This document shows, one piece after another, positions 13,001 to 23,220 of a DNA stretch of 64,000 bases. Position 1 is the first letter of the stretch. Each line of letters begins with the position of its first letter. The stretch covers positions 265,610 through 329,609 of the forward strand of contig CAVXZH010000005.1 of NCBI GenBank assembly GCA_963766435.1, written 5' to 3'. A program made the position numbers and the translations under genes. The DNA comes from an uncultured cyanobacterium (GTDB taxonomy: Bacteria > Cyanobacteriota > Cyanobacteriia > Cyanobacteriales > Nostocaceae). Below the pieces are notes generated by a model. That model made no database searches, had not been told where the DNA came from, and saw nothing but the letters and a program-made list of their open reading frames with translations.

Positions 13001-13263
13001 GCAGCGTCGGTATGTCCACCGCCGTTAACTACTAGATAGATGCCTCTCTCCTCGGACTGCCATTCACTAGCAGTTTTTATTAGTTGGTCAAGGCTTTTTA
13101 CCTCCTTCTTCCTACCTTTATCACCTTGCCTATCTGGGTTGTCACTAGGTAGGAAGGCACGGAGAAATACGCTATCACCTTTTCTGTAGCCAAGGGCTGA
13201 GAGGTGTTCACCAATAATAGTAGCATCAGGAGAATTAGGGAAAGAATGAATACCTTGTGTCAT
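10042..13263 (-). CDS. Primase-polymerase (prim-pol) N-domain + P-loop/helicase-like replication protein of the element; C-terminal low-complexity VDHVDH/FYQNLK repeats
   Basis: 1073 aa; LVVNGGGH...DTGGKSIHSYWV resembles prim-pol motifs; P-loop-like APTGEKKT; the C-terminus overlaps the iteron/tandem repeat DNA. Confidence 0.45.
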   Translation of the reverse strand: MTQGIHSFPNSPDATIIGEHLSALGYRKGDSVFLRAFLPSDNPDRQGDKGRKKEVKSLDQLIKTASEWQSEERGIYLVVNGGGHTDAAVTECRAIFYEHDNLDKELQINLWQSLGLPEPTLQVDTGGKSIHSYWVTDRISPDSWKALQTDLLEYADADRSLKNPSRVMRLAGCYHFSSAGSNLSRIILNSGKKYNFEELRAIIPQPKKQQLPPPSIPLPTGDVPLYRCLSKDDRALIDSGLSQGGRNSAGAKLARNLIGTAIRLTHLGHRFDGNPRTLFDDFCHRCSPPLDDREANAIWKSAEKDNPTATLTDDALENCIKHWQRQQSSEPIMGEQRTGNKEQVIIPNELLDHKQALIKILDSLIDKDLPKSEVELFLPELKSDTYSTADIRKLYEARVKERRDTEERQEIGKTIPSIMQAQQARLNPFEILYGDGGELAKLLTISADSMPTPVERLITTLIPAAGSRIGTSAKIIVNTVGNHTQPAVFWSCVIAPTGEKKTPAQTVILKPLFALELEEYEKWEPLDKRYKEDIRNYKKTSGEEPPQEPPPRARFVIQGCTTETRIKIHHENPRGILAYMDEWSGFVNSRNMYRGGKGNDLEIELSEFNGHAIMKDTATERLFLNRSAISRTGATQPETITNLLARQNFEDPQGEYARWLLCLVPGTPGYIDLFQEDDGTGQKLEKRLRSLYHNIGCLPPRDYFLGNEAKKIFMTHYNFLVNEGERLKDIHRTLAVAYPKLQGYLARLALWVHIINAVLAGETPSQMIDIQAVTVACGMIDFFASQLQVLYKTNDAGITGDFLKIKNFVEKHPEGVTARDIKQLQRRAFGSTPTTEITANCHTLVEKGAITKEGNKFFPAKMINMINTEPQNHTGHGVECVDHVINIDQQRSTFSESEFKNSKFEFSEFEKINVDHVDHLLITDQHPQTLVHQGLQTNVDHVDHFSTENNFGFEIPSKFGQVQIEVKAGQRNGSKVLCTVKILLPGHDVVWGNWELEEKNLISHAILEAENLIRGDLSQFYQNLKFYQNLKFYQKSPPLEKTPPKKKLLLSKNQIAGTHRTISPISSAKCWEA
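10160..10212. repeat. 18-bp tandem repeat x3 (ttctggtaaaacttcaga)
   Basis: Direct reading; encodes KFYQNL repeats on the minus strand. Confidence 0.8.
10431..10690. repeat. Iteron-like array of ~12 TGATCAAC/GTTGATCA units (GATC-rich), candidate replication origin of element 1
   Basis: 12 GATC sites in ~260 bp (about 1 expected); units atgatcaac / gttgatca in direct and inverted orientation. Confidence 0.55.
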
Positions 13264-13678
13264 GGCTAGTTCTCCCCCTTGATAGATGCTGTACTCAAAG
13301 TAGTTAGGCTATAATCATTAGCAGATTGAATCATTTTTAAAATCCTTATTTTTGATAAGCGAGGAGCGGCTAAAACTCCTCGCTTTTAAATTTGTGGAGC
13401 ATCAAGAAAGGAAGATAAATTGTGTGTCTCCCCGCCATACGTCAAAAGCAAGGTTAGCAGCAATCATTAATTCGATAATGCCCTCTACATCTTGATAGTG
13501 AGCGAATGTATTCTTTAGTCCACCCATAGAAAATCCTTTTTTTTGCTTTTTAAGAAACTTCTGAATTTCTCTGATAGAGATTCCCAGTTTTTGGTATTCT
13601 TCGGTACTCATTAAAATACCTCTGGGACTGCTCCATCCGGGTTTCTAGATTTGCGCTTTGCCTCTGCTTCAAAAGCGT

Positions 13679-13915
13679 CTATTTGATCAGGAAGAAGATT
13701 TCCGAAGCTGCAAAGGCTCGGTCATAAGCTGGTAGTCCACTAGAAGATATGCAGTAGAGTAGTAGGTTTATTTCTGATGCCACATCCAATGAAAAGTGGA
13801 TGTATTCCATGCCTTGGAGGCACAATCTGGCAATAGCTCTTACTCTTTTATATTCGTTAGGTGCTTGCTGTTGGGTGTTCATGATCAGTCCTTTCTTGAA
13901 GTTGTTGCCTGTCAC
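13679..13915 (-). CDS. small hypothetical protein
   Basis: 78-aa ORF in a run of small minus-strand ORFs (13402-14175). Confidence 0.25.
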   Translation of the reverse strand: MTGNNFKKGLIMNTQQQAPNEYKRVRAIARLCLQGMEYIHFSLDVASEINLLLYCISSSGLPAYDRAFAASEIFFLIK

Positions 13916-14294
13916 GCTCTAATGATTACTTTTTCTAGATGCCACTGACGCGATCTCCGGGGATATTTTTTAGAGGCTCCCTCTATAAGTCGCTTCGCCA
14001 GAGCGTCGTTACCGTATAACAGTACGAGTAGTCGCTTTTCCAGTAGTCGCCGCTTCAGTAATCTTGAACGCAGAAAAATGAAACAGACAGGTATCGCCAT
14101 GAGCGTCAGTGTGATGGACGCTGTATTAAGGCGGATGAATTCTGATATCCACCAGGTAAGATAAGAAGTATTCATGAGTAGTGTCTGTAATTACACAAGT
14201 ATCTTAGCGTACCAGAATAGATAGCCAGAATCACGTGAGCGATGCTTATATGATTCTGTTGCTATCAAGCTACAGAATCATATGATGAGCTAGA

Positions 14295-14540
14295 TTACTT
14301 GTCGTCTTTCACTCCTGTTGTATCAATACCAAAACTACCGCATAGCGCCTTGAGGGGAACACCAAGTTCTCGTGCGAGAGAGATCGCTCGGTCAAGCCTG
14401 GGGATTGATACCCCTCTCTCCCAATCGCCAATGATGCGAATACCTACTCCCATCCGTTGGCTTAGTTCTGGCTGAGTCAGCCCCATGGCTTCTCTTAATT
14501 CTTTCAAGGTTGGGATTCCTGAATTTGATGAATTGTTCAT
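14295..14540 (-). CDS. XRE-family helix-turn-helix transcriptional regulator
   Basis: LKELREAMGLTQPELSQRMGVGIRIIGDWERGVSIPRLDRAISLARELGV = Cro/C1 HTH. Confidence 0.6.
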   Translation of the reverse strand: MNNSSNSGIPTLKELREAMGLTQPELSQRMGVGIRIIGDWERGVSIPRLDRAISLARELGVPLKALCGSFGIDTTGVKDDK

Positions 14541-14898
14541 ATACTAGCAGAAAATTGCTAGCAGTAAAGTGCTTGACAAAAATATTGTCTGGCAGTAAAC
14601 TGCTAGTGTGGACTACCAACCGACTAACCAGACAAAGGAATTTCGATTGGTTGTTTAAAGTCTCTCATGATGGACAAATAGCTCTATGTCTCAGCTGGTG
14701 CTAGAGATATAAAGCTATTTGTCTTTAAACCCAAACCTTGTGACAAAAGCTCCCTCCTGCCAAAACGTGACAACTCACCCGCAGGACACCCCAGTAACCA
14801 CGGAGCAGACGACCCCATGAGCTACGAGTGCCGTGGGAAACATGAGCCTAGTGCTGACCACCTATTAATTAATGATTTAAAGTTCAACTCAACTCAAT

Positions 14899-15399
14899 AT
14901 GGAAATCAAAAAACTTATCAAGAAAATCAAACGAATGGCGTTCGCCCTAACTGGTCACACCCAGGAGGAGATGCAGCAACCAGATACACCAAAAACTTTC
15001 TTTAACGATGAGATGAGAGAGTATCAACCACTCCCCACTGCATCTAACAAATGGATCAAAGTTGATGACATCCACCTCAATCCGACCTTTCTTGTGTCTG
15101 TCCACGAAGACGGCAATTTTGTTCTCGTGTCCGATGCCAATAACAGGACATGGAAATTTGATGGAGAAAAAAAGAGTGCATTCCTAACCCAATTCGATGC
15201 ACTTTGTGGCTATCAAAAATCCTGGATAAGGGTTGGAGACATGCGATTCAACATGAATCTTGTCGTGTCGGTGACTGAATACTACTCTGCGTCAACCCCT
15301 TTCGTTGCAGTTGCCAACACCAGCCGTGCGACGCCGAATATTTCTGGATCAACCGCGATCGCATTTCTGAACCAGTTCAATGCACTCTGTCATGACTAG
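14899..15399 (+). CDS. hypothetical protein with an internal duplication
   Basis: Two ~50-aa repeats ending ...FLTQFDALC / ...FLNQFNALC. Confidence 0.35.
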   Translation: MEIKKLIKKIKRMAFALTGHTQEEMQQPDTPKTFFNDEMREYQPLPTASNKWIKVDDIHLNPTFLVSVHEDGNFVLVSDANNRTWKFDGEKKSAFLTQFDALCGYQKSWIRVGDMRFNMNLVVSVTEYYSASTPFVAVANTSRATPNISGSTAIAFLNQFNALCHD

Positions 15400-15752
15400 C
15401 CCTATAACCCTCCGACAGAGAGGAAAAAATTAGACGCAAGAAAACCACTCCCCATCTCCACTTCTCCCACCCTGCCATTCCATCTATGACTCTTTACGCT
15501 ATAGCTTTTGCTATGGCCTGTATAAGACTAGAACGGGAAACTAACGTGAGTGTTGCTCACTATAAAAAGCTCATCTCTGAAAAAGCGGCTGAGTTTCTGC
15601 TTTCCCAAACTCAAGCAGAAATAGATGATTGGCTGAGTGACTTTCTACTCCCAGAGGATTAACAAAAATATGGATCAAAAACCTTCTAGAGGTAGTGGAA
15701 GAACAGAAGCATAAATCACTTAAAAGCAGTTAGAAAACACCGGGAGGATATC

Positions 15753-16103
15753 TTGCTCAAATGGATAATAGCTAGGCTTCCAAAATTCATTTTCTCGGCA
15801 ATTCTTGACGAATTATCTAGGCATCTCGATCCACTAGGATTACTAAAAATCCCGTCAACAAACATCCCAGACGAATTACTTTGTAAGCTTGAAAAGCTGG
15901 ATGATACCACTCAATTAGGGCTATCCGCTCTACTCTGTGTTGCCGTTAGAGAGGGAACTAATCTTTCTCACCAGGCTAAAGAATGGGGGATGGAGGACAT
16001 TCCCCAGGACTTAATCAAGGAAATTGATGATATGGGGGACGGTGAATATTTGGAGGTGTGTTTACTCTCTATTCAAACCCTGGAGGCAATATCAACTTTA
16101 TGA
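15753..16103 (+). CDS. hypothetical protein
   Basis: 116-aa ORF. Confidence 0.3.
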   Translation: MLKWIIARLPKFIFSAILDELSRHLDPLGLLKIPSTNIPDELLCKLEKLDDTTQLGLSALLCVAVREGTNLSHQAKEWGMEDIPQDLIKEIDDMGDGEYLEVCLLSIQTLEAISTL

Positions 16104-16486
16104 TTATCAGCTTCTCTACCACTAATCACCTGGCCGAAGATGCGGGAGTTGATAACCCTCTTTTTCAGGGAATCAAAACAGTTACTCGCAGGCATTGGAC
16201 ACAAAGGTATTTCAATATCATTACCAGTGCCTATGATGAAAACAAAAAAGTGCATCAAGCGTGGGATGCTTTACCTCGCACCAAAGGCAGCAAACAAATC
16301 GGCTGTATCACCTTAACCCGTCGTCCCTACTGGGAGAAATTACAGGATATGCCAGTTGAAGATATTTATCATGAAGGTAATCTTTGGGAATCTAAAGATG
16401 AATTCATTGAAATGCTAAAGCTGGCTCCAGAAACAAAGGTCGTAGTAATTAGGTTTAGCTTTACGCCGGGCGATGAAAATGGCTAA
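16058..16486 (+). CDS. hypothetical protein (possibly ASCH/PUA-like)
   Basis: 142-aa ORF; weak resemblance only. Confidence 0.25.
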   Translation: MFTLYSNPGGNINFMIISFSTTNHLAEDAGVDNPLFQGIKTVTRRHWTQRYFNIITSAYDENKKVHQAWDALPRTKGSKQIGCITLTRRPYWEKLQDMPVEDIYHEGNLWESKDEFIEMLKLAPETKVVVIRFSFTPGDENG

Positions 16487-17396
16487 CCAATCCTCAATAG
16501 AATGGACTGACTTAACATCAAATCCCATCCATCTTGTTCGGGAAGATGGTTCACATGGTGGTCATTGGTGTAGAAAGATATCTGAAGGGTGTACGAATTG
16601 CTATGCAGAGGCTCTTAATCAGAACCGACGCTATAGATTTTCATCTCTCAAAAAATACGAGGGACTGTCACCAGTCAATCTAATCCTAGATACTGAGGTG
16701 ATGAAACAATGGATAACAATGAAAACCCCCAAGAGAATCTTTGTTTCGTCCATGACCGATGTTTTTGGGCAATGGATTTCTGATGAATGGTTAGACGAAA
16801 TATTCGCCTACATGGTGCTTTCTAAAAGTACATTCTTGGTTCTCACTAAAAGAGCAAAAAGGATGCAGCGATATTTTAGAAATCCAGATCGGGGTATTCG
16901 CATTGACTACAGAGCAGGTCAAATTATGCGAACGCGAGGAGTTCTTGACTGGCATAAATCTACACCAATCTCCTGTCCTCTCCCGAATGTTTGGCTAGGG
17001 GTAACAGTAGAAGACCAAGTAACCGCTACTGGGCGAATTCACTGCTTACTAGATACACCAGCTACAGGTAGGTTTCTCAGCTGCGAACCTCTACTCGAAG
17101 AAGTGGATTTGCGGCTCGGACTGTACGCACGAAATCCCGATTGGGTGATTGTTGGGGGTGAAAGTGGCAACAAAGCTAGGACCACCAAGATAGACCACCT
17201 ACTATCTGTGGTTCTTCAATGCCGATTAGAAAATGTTCCCGTATTTACCAAACAACTTGGTAGCCACGCTCTCGCAACCCTTCCACAGCCGTCTGATTAT
17301 GGGTACAGAGAGTTTCAAACCAGCGATCGCAAAGGCGGAATTTTTGAAGAATTCCCACCTGCATTGCAATTTCGTCAGTTCCCTGATTTTTGGTAG
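16473..17396 (+). CDS. Phage Gp37/Gp68 family protein (DUF5131)
   Basis: N-terminal SIEWTDLTSNPIHLV...GGHWCRKISEGCTNCYAE matches the IEWTD..NP...GC..S.GC.NCYA signature. Confidence 0.55.
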   Translation: MKMANQSSIEWTDLTSNPIHLVREDGSHGGHWCRKISEGCTNCYAEALNQNRRYRFSSLKKYEGLSPVNLILDTEVMKQWITMKTPKRIFVSSMTDVFGQWISDEWLDEIFAYMVLSKSTFLVLTKRAKRMQRYFRNPDRGIRIDYRAGQIMRTRGVLDWHKSTPISCPLPNVWLGVTVEDQVTATGRIHCLLDTPATGRFLSCEPLLEEVDLRLGLYARNPDWVIVGGESGNKARTTKIDHLLSVVLQCRLENVPVFTKQLGSHALATLPQPSDYGYREFQTSDRKGGIFEEFPPALQFRQFPDFW

Positions 17397-17893
17397 TGAA
17401 ATTTAAGCGATCGCTCTTGGTTAGAGTAGGCGATCGCATCTACATCAATAGACAAGGAGATTCTACCATGACAAAACCACTAAGTTTGCACACAACCTCT
17501 TCTCCAGCCCCTGAGCAGCCAGCGTCACAACTTCTGGAGAAAATTGGAGTCCACTTTGGTGAGAATTACTTTCCAGTTATTAAGGCTGAAACTGAAGGCG
17601 ATATAGCAAATGCTTTTAATGATTGCTGTGACAGATGGCTGTCCAGAATCAAAGAGAAAGCTAGCCACAAAGAGCAGATAATTGTTGATGAATTCACCAA
17701 TCTAAAATCACTAATTGGTAACACGGCGGTCAACTTTTTCAAGATGAGTTTAACTGACACTAGGAAGGCTAAAACCTTCTTGCTGGGCATCACCCACAAC
17801 ACTACCAATGAAAGTTTCCCTGATGGTACAGCAGCAGCAAGAAAAGCTGGGAGTATATTGATCGAGAAATTCAGTGCTAACGGGGAATGGTAA
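17390..17893 (+). CDS. hypothetical protein
   Basis: ORF; likely true start at MTKPLSLH (~17468). Confidence 0.3.
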   Translation: MVVKFKRSLLVRVGDRIYINRQGDSTMTKPLSLHTTSSPAPEQPASQLLEKIGVHFGENYFPVIKAETEGDIANAFNDCCDRWLSRIKEKASHKEQIIVDEFTNLKSLIGNTAVNFFKMSLTDTRKAKTFLLGITHNTTNESFPDGTAAARKAGSILIEKFSANGEW

Positions 17894-17949
17894 GCCAATT
17901 GTGTTTGAATGATCACGCTCCAAAAGAGGAATACGATCGCTAAAATCAT

Positions 17950-19044
17950 CTAGGCGGAATGGTGCTTAATTATCTGGGCATCACTCAATTGATAATTGTA
18001 TATTGACGCTTCGGCTAAGGTTAAAGCTGGAGAAACGCCCCATCCTGTTTTACTCCACCCCAACAGCCAGTAACCATTAAATGGTTGGTAATTAGGGTCG
18101 GACGAACTCGCTTCTAAGTGATTGTCTAGCCATAGCCTAATGCCATTGTCACCAAAGCTCAAAGTCAAGATATGCCAATCGTCATCCGCTACGTTAGTTA
18201 TTCCCTCTAAGTTTGTGCCATTGTAGTTGTAAAATCTCAGTGTTCCGTTGAGAACGTATACCTCTCTCGTGTATTGCCACCCTGTTGTATCCAAAGTATT
18301 AGAAAAAGAAAGTAGACTAGCCTGACTGTTGTTGCACTTAAACCTACATTCATATGTAAAGGCTTTTGGTGAGTAAATTTGATATGGAATTTGAATGTAT
18401 CCATTGCTCAAATTAATGGCTTTCTGACTATTGATGCCAGCAACGCTGGCATAGCCACCGATGTATGTGCCATTCCTAGTATTTCCAGAGCTATCAACAG
18501 CCGTGCCGTTGGTATCCTGAAATGCAAAATTCAGCCAAGGGTTATCGAGTAGAAGTGTTTGGTAGTAAGTGTTCCCGACAATAGGTGTAACCACCAATGG
18601 CTGGTCTGTCTCCCAGCCGCTATAGCCATAGATAAGAGTCAATACCCTTGTGGTCATCTGGCTAGATTCTTGCAGTACGCTATTGATTGTGGAGGAACAA
18701 GCAATAGTAACGTTTGTCAAAGTTACCCCTTGGCTAACCCATATTTTAATGCTATCCCCCAAAGTAGCGACCGTAGGAATATCAATTGTCGCCGCACCGC
18801 CAATATAGTAGCTTGTGTTAGACAAAGCACTAAAGGGGGCGGTCTTGACCGTCCATCCGGTGGGAGCAGTAGCTTTGATTATCTGGGTTATAGACTGAGA
18901 TGGAGATGAAATACCCACCCCGGAAAAATTCTTGAACTGAGTCGCCAGTGCACTCAATCCATTGATTATATTTTGCGGTCGATTCGATAAATTATAACTT
19001 TCGTCTATATTAAAACTCATTTTTCTCCTATAAAAAAAAGACAT
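17950..19044 (-). CDS. LamG (concanavalin A-like lectin) domain protein, possible phage tail fibre/structural protein
   Basis: C-terminal ...DDDWHILTLSFGDNGIRLWLDNHLE...NGYWLLGW... Laminin_G_3-like. Confidence 0.45.
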   Translation of the reverse strand: MSFFYRRKMSFNIDESYNLSNRPQNIINGLSALATQFKNFSGVGISSPSQSITQIIKATAPTGWTVKTAPFSALSNTSYYIGGAATIDIPTVATLGDSIKIWVSQGVTLTNVTIACSSTINSVLQESSQMTTRVLTLIYGYSGWETDQPLVVTPIVGNTYYQTLLLDNPWLNFAFQDTNGTAVDSSGNTRNGTYIGGYASVAGINSQKAINLSNGYIQIPYQIYSPKAFTYECRFKCNNSQASLLSFSNTLDTTGWQYTREVYVLNGTLRFYNYNGTNLEGITNVADDDWHILTLSFGDNGIRLWLDNHLEASSSDPNYQPFNGYWLLGWSKTGWGVSPALTLAEASIYNYQLSDAQIIKHHSA

Positions 19045-19312
19045 TAAAGCGTCGTACTTAATGTCTTGACAGGTTGCAATTATCGTGAAGTAGTTTATTT
19101 GGTTTCTCCTTTTAAATACCTGATATCCGCCTCAACTTTGCCCAGCTTTTCATTGAGTATTTCAAACATTAGCTTCGCATGTACCGTAAATTCGGCTTGT
19201 ACTAAAGCATTTTTCTTTGTCCCATCCCAAATCTTCCAGATAGCCATAAAGAGAGCGATTCCTACCCCTAGTTCAGTGGCGTTAACCATTTTATTCGAAC
19301 CCCGGCAAGCGT

Positions 19313-19735
19313 TTACACACCAATTATTGTTTTTAAAACATCTATTTCCGCTATTACATCAACAGGAGACGTAATAGCTCCCTCATATTGCCATATAGAC
19401 ATATTTAGGTCTATAAACCAACGGGGCACTCGAATCAACACTTTGTAATCAGCGTCTAAATCTTTAAAATGAATTATGTTGAATTTCCCCAAAAAGAGAG
19501 GGATTACTTCTTCAGAACTATAGGAGTCACCGAATTTAGTATCTAAAATTCGGTAAACTCGTCCAGCCCAGTCCCAACGACTGCCAATTGGTACGGAAGT
19601 TACCATGTTAATGGCAATAATCGGGCTATCAAAGATGACATCAGGGTTGATGTCTGTAATAGAAATAAATACCCTCCCACGCCTTCCTGTTCGGCGGGAA
19701 TAGGAGGCAGAGACAGTGTGTACATCTGACTCCAA
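19313..19735 (-). CDS. hypothetical protein
   Basis: 140-aa ORF. Confidence 0.3.
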   Translation of the reverse strand: MESDVHTVSASYSRRTGRRGRVFISITDINPDVIFDSPIIAINMVTSVPIGSRWDWAGRVYRILDTKFGDSYSSEEVIPLFLGKFNIIHFKDLDADYKVLIRVPRWFIDLNMSIWQYEGAITSPVDVIAEIDVLKTIIGV

Positions 19736-19771
19736 TTTGCATCAGGTTTGAGGCTGATTCTAGTCATGCCT

Positions 19772-20215
19772 CTACTGGATAAGAGTTGTTTCCTCGATCT
19801 CGATGTCCATAAAATTCAAAATTGTTTCTTCGAGTTCTAGTGAGCTTGTGGTTATAGACTTGCTTGTTTTTATATTCGTCAACATCCACGCTTGAGAATC
19901 GTCACGAGTCAGAGAAAATTCGGCATTCCTGTAGCTGAAGTATCCCTTAGTATCTATCGGGTTGGATGCCAAGTCTTTAAAAGTAGTACCAATGGCATTG
20001 AACAGTCCCAACGATATTGCCCGCTTCAACTCGCTCAAAAACTGATCGTTACATTTTTGAGCAACATATTTTATTAAGTCTTTTCTCTCGTCGCTAATTT
20101 GCTGGTTAGTTATAGCAAGTATTGCTGTTTTCTGTTTTCTCTGGTTTAAAACAGCATCAATGTTGTAATTTGCAGCAGCAATTTTGGCTGCTATTTCTTG
20201 CGGGTCGCTAAACAT
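19772..20215 (-). CDS. hypothetical protein
   Basis: 147-aa ORF. Confidence 0.3.
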   Translation of the reverse strand: MFSDPQEIAAKIAAANYNIDAVLNQRKQKTAILAITNQQISDERKDLIKYVAQKCNDQFLSELKRAISLGLFNAIGTTFKDLASNPIDTKGYFSYRNAEFSLTRDDSQAWMLTNIKTSKSITTSSLELEETILNFMDIEIEETTLIQ

Positions 20216-20451
20216 AGTAAGTCCTTAATTATTGCAAAACCAAGAAGCGTTTTCTTCTAGATATTCTAATTCCCCGCCTTGCTGATACTCCGTGGCAATA
20301 TCATCGTTGACCAGAAGCGGTATACCGTTACTGTCAACGATGATATTGGTATCTCCAGAGGCAATAGCTTTTTGAAGTAGCCATTGAATAGGAATGGTTT
20401 GCAGCTGCTCGTAAAAATCTTCATGGTGGGGGAGAAGTAAATCTAGCGCCA

Positions 20452-21114
20452 TTACTGAAGCTGCTCCGAACTCAGGATGTTGTAGCCAGCTTGTCCTAAG
20501 TCGGACATCTTAATGGTCGAGTAGAAGCTAGAGAATGTCCCTATGTTTTCTATATAGAGGCTTGCCCTCCCTGGCTTAGGACGGGTTGTTCCTCTCACTA
20601 GGCGAGCAAGTTCCGCCTCAGTAGTTATAGTTGCACTTGTTTTTAATCCGAGGGCTGCACCATAACTATTGAAATCAGCCTTGTTCATAGGAAACACGTA
20701 GAGAGTTCCGTCCGACAATTCCGCGACAGCGGAATGAGATGGCTTTGAACCGGGCGCCTGTAAGTTACAGGTTTTTCGTCCCTCTGACTGCCTCCATCCC
20801 GCTGTGGTGGCAGTGGTATATTTGTCCCAACCACAGAAAGTGGAGACTGAGCTTTGAGCCGCTCCTTCCGCAGACAGTTTTTTAGTAAATCGAGCTGGCA
20901 GGGGTGCCTTAGCTCCACTGATTTTGATAACGACACTCAAGTTTTCCGAGCCTCCGGTTTGCCCGCCGGAGATATGCCCAAGTGCCGTCAGATCTGATGC
21001 GGATATCCCTGGAAGGGCTGTCAGGTCTTTGGCGTTCCAGCCGTAATAAATAGAACTCGTAACTCTGACGTAAGTGAAAACATCCCTTTTCTTTCCTCTC
21101 GTGGCTGTTGACAT
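20452..21114 (-). CDS. hypothetical protein (phage structural-like?)
   Basis: 220-aa ORF; stop/start overlap with 20225-20452. Confidence 0.3.
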   Translation of the reverse strand: MSTATRGKKRDVFTYVRVTSSIYYGWNAKDLTALPGISASDLTALGHISGGQTGGSENLSVVIKISGAKAPLPARFTKKLSAEGAAQSSVSTFCGWDKYTTATTAGWRQSEGRKTCNLQAPGSKPSHSAVAELSDGTLYVFPMNKADFNSYGAALGLKTSATITTEAELARLVRGTTRPKPGRASLYIENIGTFSSFYSTIKMSDLGQAGYNILSSEQLQ

Positions 21115-21539
21115 ATTCTGGGAGCAAACTTTTTGTGCAATCCAAGACTAGCTGATTTAAACCAGGATTGCAATAGCCTGGAGGGATCGTAAAAGCGATA
21201 TTTGACGTCTTGTGCAATCACGGAACCTTAAAGGTTCTTTAATGATTTGTGGTAGAATAAAAAAGATTTTGTAGTCGAGTAAATCGAGAATGGAACTTAT
21301 TTGTTTTCCGCTATTGAACCTCAGGAGCAAACGCGCTATGCTTCGTGTATCGCGCCGTCGCGGCAACTCGAAGTGGAAGCGAATGTACAGCTATAATCCA
21401 CGAAGAAATTTAGTTCTCCGACTTGTAGAAGAACTAGCCATTACCGAAGATGCTGTAAAACATCAAATACTAAAAGAGCGTGATTTTTTATTAAAACAAT
21501 AGTTTTTAAGTTCAACTAAGCTATCTACAAATACACCCA

Positions 21540-22655
21540 ATGTTAGCCAAATTTGAAAGTTACGTGAATACCTCGTCAAGGGTAATTGACCATAATTACC
21601 ACAGGATTACTGATATTCCTAGAGGCGTAAGCAGCTTGCCTGATACAGTTGTACAGGTAAGCCAAAACCTAGTAATTAATAGCTTACAATGCTATGCTTC
21701 TATCAAATCATTAGCAGTGGTAGCCATACCTAGCTACCCACTCGAATTCAGTGAAAGTGAGAGAATAATAGCTGATTTAAATCTGGAATGGACATCAGCA
21801 AGGTGGCACCTTCAAGTATTCCTAGAAAATACGGTTAATAATACTCTATTCCTGTTAGGGCAAGTATCCCTCCTGAATGTATCACCGTATCCTTATCGGC
21901 AGTACAACTTACTTAAGGCTATCAATGATAATGCATTGCCACTGCAATTGGGCGAGAATTCACATCTAGGCTACAAATTGTATAACCCTGGATTCTCTGA
22001 GATATACATCGTATCCAATGAGAGTATTTCTGACCTAATAAATGTTTCCGCTTCCTTTACTAAAGAAGTATGGGTGCAAGAGACAGAAATTATTAATATC
22101 TCTGTACCACTAACACCAACGATTAACACACCAGTGAATATCACCAATAACATTACTGGTGGTTCTACCTCAAATTCAAATAACAACAATACACCTTCAT
22201 TGTTATTTATGCTGAAGCCAACAATTACGTCAGGGCTGGTTACTCTTACATCTGAGAATAAAGCCGTAAAACTTGCAACAGTTAACGGCAAGATAGTCGT
22301 ACAGCTAAAACTAGACCCTAATAGCCAAATCCCCTACGGTAGCGAATTTCAGATTTATTCGTATAACACGGAACCCATCAACAAATGGGACGCCTCATCT
22401 AGGTTGCAAAAAGCAAAAGTAGAAAACTCAGAGGGATGCCAAGAGGAACTATCAGGGATTAAAGTATTCGATGGATATTTCTGGTTAGTGATATTCTGTA
22501 AATTATCTGGAACTCGAGATTGGAACCAATACGGTACGTGGAGAAAATGCCAGATAGCTACCGCTGCTTTCAATGCTGAAGGAGCGCTAGTAATCACCAT
22601 CTCCGGTTTATGGATAGAACCGAGCGTGTGGGTAGGTCAGTATTACTCTAATTAA
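21540..22655 (+). CDS. hypothetical protein
   Basis: 371-aa ORF; N/T/S-rich middle. Confidence 0.3.
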   Translation: MLAKFESYVNTSSRVIDHNYHRITDIPRGVSSLPDTVVQVSQNLVINSLQCYASIKSLAVVAIPSYPLEFSESERIIADLNLEWTSARWHLQVFLENTVNNTLFLLGQVSLLNVSPYPYRQYNLLKAINDNALPLQLGENSHLGYKLYNPGFSEIYIVSNESISDLINVSASFTKEVWVQETEIINISVPLTPTINTPVNITNNITGGSTSNSNNNNTPSLLFMLKPTITSGLVTLTSENKAVKLATVNGKIVVQLKLDPNSQIPYGSEFQIYSYNTEPINKWDASSRLQKAKVENSEGCQEELSGIKVFDGYFWLVIFCKLSGTRDWNQYGTWRKCQIATAAFNAEGALVITISGLWIEPSVWVGQYYSN

Positions 22656-22668
22656 TTAAGGAGATCAA

Positions 22669-23220
22669 ATGACTGTGTTACTAGGGAATGATTTCAGTTT
22701 TTATAAGCTATGGAACGAGAAAGCGTATCATCCATACAATGACAATTTTTTGATAGCGGGGATAGATAGCTTGCCTATTTGGAGCGTCATATTACAGCAT
22801 CAACTAGAGCATTTTAAATCTGAAGACAAAATGTATCTATCTTGCTCACATTTACATGGAATGAGTAAGGTATTGGATATTCAAAAGTTAAATGTTGACG
22901 AATACATGGAATTCAGCCAATTAGACGTACTGTTCTATTGCACACAGTTCTATGAGGATATGACATCGAGCTTATGGGAAATACTAGAACAAGCATTCAA
23001 GGATAAAATGATTTATTTATTGGATGCTTACCCTAACCTGCATATAGTACCAATACCATTAGTAAGGTTTGTATACTCAGAATACAATTGCTTAATGTAT
23101 CAATGGCTTAAGGCTACGTACCCAAGCAGAGTAGTGAATATTGACTTTTTGATATCAACCAAACCAGGGTATCAAGAGTTAACCAGGCAAGAATATCTAT
23201 CACTTTTGAATGTATTATGA
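22669..23220 (+). CDS. hypothetical protein
   Basis: 183-aa ORF, RBS-like ggag upstream. Confidence 0.3.
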   Translation: MTVLLGNDFSFYKLWNEKAYHPYNDNFLIAGIDSLPIWSVILQHQLEHFKSEDKMYLSCSHLHGMSKVLDIQKLNVDEYMEFSQLDVLFYCTQFYEDMTSSLWEILEQAFKDKMIYLLDAYPNLHIVPIPLVRFVYSEYNCLMYQWLKATYPSRVVNIDFLISTKPGYQELTRQEYLSLLNVL

